A stretch of DNA of 64,000 nucleotides from NCBI GenBank assembly GCA_963848295.1, contig CAWKDB010000010.1, forward strand, positions 2,816,001 to 2,880,000. Direction: 5' to 3'. Within the stretch, counting starts at the first letter, position 1, and each line of letters opens with the position of its first letter. The notes under the pieces are model-generated. The model did not search any database. It saw nothing but the letters and a program-made list of their open reading frames with translations, and was not told where the DNA came from. Shown piece by piece: positions 58,541 to 64,000 of the stretch. Both the position numbers and the translations under genes were made by a program. This DNA is from an uncultured delta proteobacterium. Lineage in GTDB: Bacteria > Myxococcota_A > Polyangia > Haliangiales > Haliangiaceae.

Positions 58541-59356
58541 ATGCGAACGCGGCAATTCGGCCCGCTCGGGGCGATTCCGGTGCTCGGTCTCGGCACGTGG
58601 AACATGGAGCGCGACGACCGCGCCTCCGCGATCGCCGCGATCCGCCGGGCGATCGAGCTCGGCATGACCCATATCGACACCGCCGAGCTCTACGGTCGCG
58701 GCAAGGTCGAGCAGCTCGTCGGCGAGGCGATCGCCGGCGCGCGCGATCGCGTATTCCTCGCATCGAAGGTGATGCCGAGCAACGCGAGCTACGACGGCAC
58801 GCTGCGCGCGTGCGAGGCGAGCCTTCAGCGGCTCGGGACCGATCACCTCGATCTCTATCTCCTGCACTGGCGGGCCGGCGCACCGCTCGCGGACACGTTC
58901 CGCGCGTTCGAGCAGCTCAAGGTGCAGGGCAAGATCCGCGCGTGGGGCGTGTCGAACTTCGACGACGCCGATCTCGAGGAGGCGCTGGGCGTGTCCGGCC
59001 CCGGCGCGATCGCGTGCAATCAAGTGCTCTATCACCTCGGCGAGCGCACGATCGAGCACCGCGTGATCCCGTGGTGCACCGAGCACGGCGTCGCGGTCGT
59101 CGCGTACAGCCCGCTCGGCGCCGCCGGCGGTTTCCCGCGGTCGCGACCACTCGAGGCGATCGCGAAGCGACTCGGCGCGACGCCGCGGCAAGTCGCGCTC
59201 GCATTCCTCGCCCAGCGCGCGTTCGTGATCCCGAAGTCCGCGAGCGTGCGCCACGTCGAGGAGCTCGCGCGTGAGGTGGAGCTCGATGCGCAGGCGATCG
59301 CCGAGCTCGACGCGACGTTCCCGCTCGCGCCGTGGCGCGGCCTGCCCAGCCTATGA
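58541..59356 (+). CDS. Aldo/keto reductase
   Basis: GLGTW, DTAELY, LYLLHW, GVSNF, IPKS. Confidence 0.95.
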   Translation: MRTRQFGPLGAIPVLGLGTWNMERDDRASAIAAIRRAIELGMTHIDTAELYGRGKVEQLVGEAIAGARDRVFLASKVMPSNASYDGTLRACEASLQRLGTDHLDLYLLHWRAGAPLADTFRAFEQLKVQGKIRAWGVSNFDDADLEEALGVSGPGAIACNQVLYHLGERTIEHRVIPWCTEHGVAVVAYSPLGAAGGFPRSRPLEAIAKRLGATPRQVALAFLAQRAFVIPKSASVRHVEELAREVELDAQAIAELDATFPLAPWRGLPSL

Positions 59357-60528
59357 GTGAACGTGAATTCGATCTCGTCATGCTCGGCGCCACCGGCTTC
59401 ACCGGCCGGCTCGTCGCCGAGTACCTCGCGGGCCGTAAGCCCGCGCGCTGGGCGATCGCCGGGCGCAACCGCGACAAGCTCGACCAGCTCGGCATCGCCG
59501 CGCCGATCGTCGTCGCGGACACGCTCGACCCTGCCGCGTGCGCCGCGCTCGCCCGCCGGACGCGCGTCATGTGTACGACGGTCGGCCCGTACGCGAAGTA
59601 CGGCAGCGCGCTCGTCGCCGCGTGCGCCGAGGCCGGCACGCACTACTGCGATCTCACCGGCGAGGTGAGCTGGATGCGCGAAACGATCGACGCGAACCAC
59701 GAGCGCGCGATCGCGAGCGGCGCGCGCATCGTCCCGGCGTGCGGGTTCGATTCGATCCCGAGCGACCTCGGCACCTGGGCGACACAGCAGGCGTTCATCG
59801 CGAAGTTCGGACGACCCGCGGCGCGAGTCACCGCGCTGTTCGGTCCACTCTCGGGCTCGATGTCGGGCGGCACCGCGGCGAGCGCGTTCGGGCTCGCCGA
59901 AGCGATGAAAGACCCGGCGGTGCGTCGCGTGCTGCGCAACCCGTACTCGCTCGATCCCGATCCCGACGCCCCGCACCCGAAGATCAACGCACCCCTCGTC
60001 GGTTGGAACGCGGCGGTCGGCATGTTCTTCGTGCCGTTCTTCATGGCGGCGACGAACGCGCCGGTCGTGCGCCGTGGCCATGCGCTCGCGGGCTATCCGT
60101 GGGGCAAGGAGTTCGTCTATCACGAGGTGATGTCGACGCCGGGCAACCTCAAGGGCGCGGTGCTCGCGGCGCAGATCACCGGTGGGCTCGCCGCGCTGTC
60201 GGCGGCGATGAAGCGACCGAAGCTCCGCGAGTTTCTGCGCAAGCGCGCGCCGCAACCGGGCGAAGGTCCGTCGGCCGAGAAGCGCGAGCGCGGCCATTGG
60301 AAGGTTCGCTACGTCGCCGAGCGCGAGGACCAGGCGTTGATCTACGTCGCCTCGGATCGCGGCGATCCGGGCTACGCATCGACGTGCCGGATGCTCGGCG
60401 AATCGGCGCTGTGCCTCGCGTACGATCCGCTGACCTCGTCCGCGGGCGTCACGACGCCTTCGGTCGCGATGGGCCAGGCGCTGCTCGACCGCCTGCGCGC
60501 GGCGGGTCTCACGTTCGACGTCGCGTAG
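59353..60528 (+). CDS. Saccharopine dehydrogenase-like oxidoreductase
   Basis: GATGFTG, TVGPY, YCDLTGE, GFDSIPSD, DPGY. Confidence 0.92.
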   Translation: MSEREFDLVMLGATGFTGRLVAEYLAGRKPARWAIAGRNRDKLDQLGIAAPIVVADTLDPAACAALARRTRVMCTTVGPYAKYGSALVAACAEAGTHYCDLTGEVSWMRETIDANHERAIASGARIVPACGFDSIPSDLGTWATQQAFIAKFGRPAARVTALFGPLSGSMSGGTAASAFGLAEAMKDPAVRRVLRNPYSLDPDPDAPHPKINAPLVGWNAAVGMFFVPFFMAATNAPVVRRGHALAGYPWGKEFVYHEVMSTPGNLKGAVLAAQITGGLAALSAAMKRPKLREFLRKRAPQPGEGPSAEKRERGHWKVRYVAEREDQALIYVASDRGDPGYASTCRMLGESALCLAYDPLTSSAGVTTPSVAMGQALLDRLRAAGLTFDVA

Positions 60529-60609
60529 TCGTCGCGGCCCCTCGGGGCCGTTGCCTCGGGCGTGCTCGCTAGATCGCCGCGCCCCATGTATCTCGCTCGC
60601 GATCACCGC

Positions 60610-60710
60610 AAGGTGACAAAAGAGACAGCGTCCCCAGCGCAAGCTCAGCAATCACTGCTACCTGCGAGGCTTGCGGATTCGAGCAAGGTGACAAAAGAGA
60701 CAGCGTCCCC
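60610..60710 (+). repeat. Direct pair of family-A repeats, 75-bp period
   Basis: AAGGTGACAAAAGAGACAGCGTCCCC at 60610 and 60685. Confidence 0.92.
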
Positions 60711-60721
60711 GACAATAGCGC

Positions 60722-62215
60722 GTGGCGTATCGGTTCCTCGCGTGGGTTCTGCGAGTCATCACGCGCGTGTTCTTTCGCCAGGTCGAGGTCGCCGGGCTCG
60801 AGCACGTGCCGAGCGACGGCCCGGTGCTGTTCGCCGGCAATCATCCGAACTCGCTGATCGATCCGATCCTGATCATCACGACGTGCGGTCGCAAGGTTCA
60901 CTTTGCGGCGAAGGACACGCTGTTCAAGGGCCGGCTGATGCGCGCGGTGCTGCGCGGCCTGGGCGCGGTCCCGGTGGCGCGCAGGGACGACCATGGCGGC
61001 GCGGTCGACAACGACGCGGCGTTCACCGCGATGTTCGACGTGCTCGGCCAAGGCGGCGCGATCGGCATCTTCCCCGAGGGGCTGTCGCACGACGAGTCGC
61101 AGCTCGCGCGACTCAAGACCGGCGCCGCGCGACTCGCGATCGGCGGCGCGCAACGCACCGGCCGGCCGATCTCGATCGTCCCGTGCGGCCTGACGTTCAT
61201 CCATCCGAAGCGGTTTCGCAGCCGGGTGCTCGTGCAATACGGACCGCCGGTGATCGTCGATCGAACCGCACCGCCTTTCGGCGCTGCTGACGACCGGGTG
61301 CGCGCCCCGGTCGTCGAGCCCGGCGACGTGCGCCAGGTGACGGCGGAGCTCGACGGGGCGCTGCGCCGGCTCACGATCAACGCGCCCGATTGGGATACGG
61401 TGCGCGCGCTCGACGTCGTGCGCCGGCTCTATCAGCCGCAAGAGATCTCGATCGAGGATCGGGTCGAGCTCGCGCGCAGGTTCAACACGTATTACTCCGC
61501 GGTCGCCGGCGATCCGCGCGTGCAATTGCTGATGACCCGCGTGCGCGCCTACCAAGACGCGCTCGAGGACCTCGGCGTCACCGATCGCGAGCTCGCGCGC
61601 GACCTGTCGAAGGCCGAGGTGACGGCGCGCGTGATCCGCCACCTCGCGCTCGTCGCGTTCTGGCTGCCGCTGACCGCGCCCGGGGTGCCGTTTCATTTGC
61701 CTTCGCTCGCGTTCGCGCGACTCGCCGGATCGCGCCTGACTCCGCGCAAGGACGTGATCGCGACGACGAAGCTGATGATCGGTATGCTGATCGTGATCGT
61801 CGCGTACGGCGCCGCGATCGCGGTGCTCGGCTGGAAGCTCGGCTTGCCGTGGGCGTTGCTCGCGTCCCTCGTGCTGCCGCTGTCGGGCTGGGCGACGCTG
61901 CGCGTGCTCGACCGCCTCCGCCTCGCGCGCCGCGGCCTCGGCGTGCTGTTTCGGCGGTTGCGATTTCGCCGCGAGGTCCACGCGTTGCGCGCCGAGCGCG
62001 AGCGGCTCGTCGCCGACGTGATCGCGACGGTCAGCGCGGTCAGGCCCGCCGAGCTGCCGGCGATGTTCCCGGCCGATCATCCGGGTCGGGCCGATGGCCG
62101 GGGCTTGCCCGCGGCGGGCAGTGCCGCCGAAGCGCGGCGTGGGTCCATCGAGGAGTCGCGCGCGGCTCGCCGCAACGCCGATCTCGACAGCGAATACGAC
62201 AAGCACGAGTCATGA
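60722..62215 (+). CDS. PlsC-family (lyso)phospholipid acyltransferase
   Basis: NHPNSLID (HX4D), FPEG, C-terminal TM helices. Confidence 0.9.
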   Translation: MAYRFLAWVLRVITRVFFRQVEVAGLEHVPSDGPVLFAGNHPNSLIDPILIITTCGRKVHFAAKDTLFKGRLMRAVLRGLGAVPVARRDDHGGAVDNDAAFTAMFDVLGQGGAIGIFPEGLSHDESQLARLKTGAARLAIGGAQRTGRPISIVPCGLTFIHPKRFRSRVLVQYGPPVIVDRTAPPFGAADDRVRAPVVEPGDVRQVTAELDGALRRLTINAPDWDTVRALDVVRRLYQPQEISIEDRVELARRFNTYYSAVAGDPRVQLLMTRVRAYQDALEDLGVTDRELARDLSKAEVTARVIRHLALVAFWLPLTAPGVPFHLPSLAFARLAGSRLTPRKDVIATTKLMIGMLIVIVAYGAAIAVLGWKLGLPWALLASLVLPLSGWATLRVLDRLRLARRGLGVLFRRLRFRREVHALRAERERLVADVIATVSAVRPAELPAMFPADHPGRADGRGLPAAGSAAEARRGSIEESRAARRNADLDSEYDKHES

Positions 62216-62865
62216 CCCGACCACTTGTCATCTTGCTCCACGGGCTCGCGCGCGGCCACGGCTCGATGGCAGGGCTCGGCGGCCACCTGCGCGCGCATGG
62301 CTTCGAGACGTGGAGCCGGACGTATCCGTCGCGCAAGCACTCGCTGTCGTATCTGTCGAGCGCCGTCGGTGATTGGATCGCCGAGGCCGCGGCCGGACGC
62401 CCGCTCTACGCGATCACGCATTCGATGGGCGGCCTGATCGTGCGGCACTTGCACGACCCGCGGCTGCACTGGCAACGCATCGTGATGCTCGCGCCGCCGA
62501 ATCGCGGCAGTCAGCTCGCCGCAGGCCTGTCGCGCAATCCGGTGTTCCGCTGGTACTTCGGTCCCGCTGGACTCGAGCTCGCCGAAGGCGCCGCGACGTG
62601 GCCGATGCCGCCCGCGCCGTTCGCCGTGATCGCAGGCACCCGCAGCCGGGCGTGGAACAACCCGACGAGCTGGACGGTCGGACGGCGGTTCCCCGTCGGG
62701 ATGCGCAACGACGGCACGGTCGCGGTCGACGAGACCAAGCTCGACGGCATGACCGACTTCGCCGAGGTCGACGCGACCCACACGTGGATCATGGACTCGC
62801 CGATCGTCCGCCAGCTCGCGGTCGAGTACCTGCGCGATGCGCGTTTCGCCGCGCTCCCGGCGTGA
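62212..62865 (+). CDS. Alpha/beta hydrolase (lipase/esterase)
   Basis: LLHGL, THSMGG, PNRGS, NDGTV. Confidence 0.88.
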   Translation: MTRPLVILLHGLARGHGSMAGLGGHLRAHGFETWSRTYPSRKHSLSYLSSAVGDWIAEAAAGRPLYAITHSMGGLIVRHLHDPRLHWQRIVMLAPPNRGSQLAAGLSRNPVFRWYFGPAGLELAEGAATWPMPPAPFAVIAGTRSRAWNNPTSWTVGRRFPVGMRNDGTVAVDETKLDGMTDFAEVDATHTWIMDSPIVRQLAVEYLRDARFAALPA

Positions 62866-62897
62866 CGATCTGATCGCGCTCGTGTTACGAGCTTGAA

Positions 62898-63524
62898 GTG
62901 TTCGGCCGGTTCCTGCCCCGAGAGACCAGCTTCTTCGATTTCTTCGAGCAGCATGCCGAGCTGACGATCGAAGGCGTTAAAGAGTTCCTGTCGATGGTGA
63001 CGACCGCGGCGAACATCCCGGCGAAGTGCCGCCGGATCTCGGACATCGAGCACGAGACCGACACGATCACCCACCGCTGCGTCGAAGCACTGCACAAGAC
63101 GTTCATCACCCCGATCGATCGCGACTCGATCCACCGCCTGATCACGAAGATGGACGACGTCATGGACTACGTCGAAGCCGCCGCCGAACGCATCGAGCTG
63201 TACGAGCTGACAACCATGACGAGCGACGTGCGCGACCTCGCCGACGTGCTCTATCGATCCACCCTGCAAGTCGAGCAGTGTGTGCGCGGGCTACGCACGC
63301 TCGGCGATCCGCACGCGACCTTGAAGTTGTGCATCGACATCAATCGGCTCGAGAATGAAGCCGATGCAATCCTTCGCCGCTCGGTCGCGCGGTTGTTCAA
63401 AGAGGACAACAACGTGATCCACATCATCAAGTGGAAAGAGATCTACGAGAATCTCGAGGCCGCGAGTGATCGCTGCGAAGACGTCGCGAACATCATCGAG
63501 GGCGTGATCCTCGAGCACGCATAA
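62898..63524 (+). CDS. DUF47 / PhoU-like phosphate transport regulator
   Basis: EHETD, TFITPIDR, ENEAD, DRCEDVA. Confidence 0.92.
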   Translation: MFGRFLPRETSFFDFFEQHAELTIEGVKEFLSMVTTAANIPAKCRRISDIEHETDTITHRCVEALHKTFITPIDRDSIHRLITKMDDVMDYVEAAAERIELYELTTMTSDVRDLADVLYRSTLQVEQCVRGLRTLGDPHATLKLCIDINRLENEADAILRRSVARLFKEDNNVIHIIKWKEIYENLEAASDRCEDVANIIEGVILEHA

Positions 63525-63527
63525 TCG

Positions 63528-64000
63528 ATGGACGTCGGCACCGTCGTCATCGCCACTATCGCCCTGGCGTTGGTGTTCGACATCATCAACGGCTTTCACG
63601 ACGCCGCGAACTCGATCGCCACGATCGTCTCGACCCGCGTGTTGTCGCCGCGCGCCGCGGTCGTGTGGGCAGCGGCGTTCAACTTCCTCGCGCTGTGGAT
63701 CTTCAAGCTGTCGGTCGCGAAGACGATCGCGAACATCGTGTTCGTCGATCCGAACGAACCGGGCTTCGTGTTCGTCGTCAGCTGCGGGTTGCTCGGCGCG
63801 ATCGCGTGGAATCTGCTGACGTGGTGGCTCGGCCTGCCGTCGTCGAGCTCGCACGCGCTGATCGGGGGGCTGTCCGGCGCTGGCATCGCGTTCCACGGCA
63901 TCGGCGTGCTCAACACCGACAAGCTTTATCCGACGCTAGGGTTCATCGTGCTCGCACCGATCATCGGCCTCGTGATCGGCATGGTGATGATGATCGCCGT
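63528..64000 (+). CDS. pit: Inorganic phosphate transporter, PiT family (truncated by the window edge)
   Basis: Hand translation from ATG 63528: NGFHDAANSIAT, GLPSSSSHALIGG. Confidence 0.93.
   Translation, partial: MDVGTVVIATIALALVFDIINGFHDAANSIATIVSTRVLSPRAAVVWAAAFNFLALWIFKLSVAKTIANIVFVDPNEPGFVFVVSCGLLGAIAWNLLTWWLGLPSSSSHALIGGLSGAGIAFHGIGVLNTDKLYPTLGFIVLAPIIGLVIGMVMMIA

Noticed and set aside
60534..60552. Hairpin GCGGCCCC-TC-GGGGCCGT as a new repeat family
   Set aside because: Single short hairpin after a stop codon; probably an ordinary terminator-like structure.

Overview
High-GC window that looks myxobacterial (inferred from the TPR/lipoprotein-rich content, MYXO-CTERM-like and AgmX/PglI-like C-termini, and the Ser/Thr kinase-TPR protein). 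The housekeeping backbone is obgE, rplU-rpmA, gatCAB (broken by what look like sequencing indels), tlyA, plsC-like and DUF47-pit, mixed with many secreted lipoproteins and signalling genes. The main observation is at 25930-29365. A complete tRNA-Ala(CGC) is followed by three more exact copies of its 3' 45 nt plus terminator, at spacings of 1127, 1231 and 954 bp. Each interval carries a different toxin-antitoxin-type gene pair (MNT, RelE/ParE, PIN/VapC). Each is bounded by conserved att-arm-like motifs, and no integrase is present. This reads as a tRNA-anchored, integron-like array of integrase-less TA cassettes. Other points of interest: two families of dispersed REP-like repeats (one inserted in frame as about 2.8 tandem copies into a GNAT gene, the other forming pairs at a 74-75 bp period), a LanC plus lanthipeptide precursor with no LanB, a lipoprotein-anchored pilin-like domain, a ferritin-like/CDGSH fusion coupled to nitrobindin, and an orphan N6-adenine methyltransferase. 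All protein family calls come from motif recognition by eye, not from database searches.
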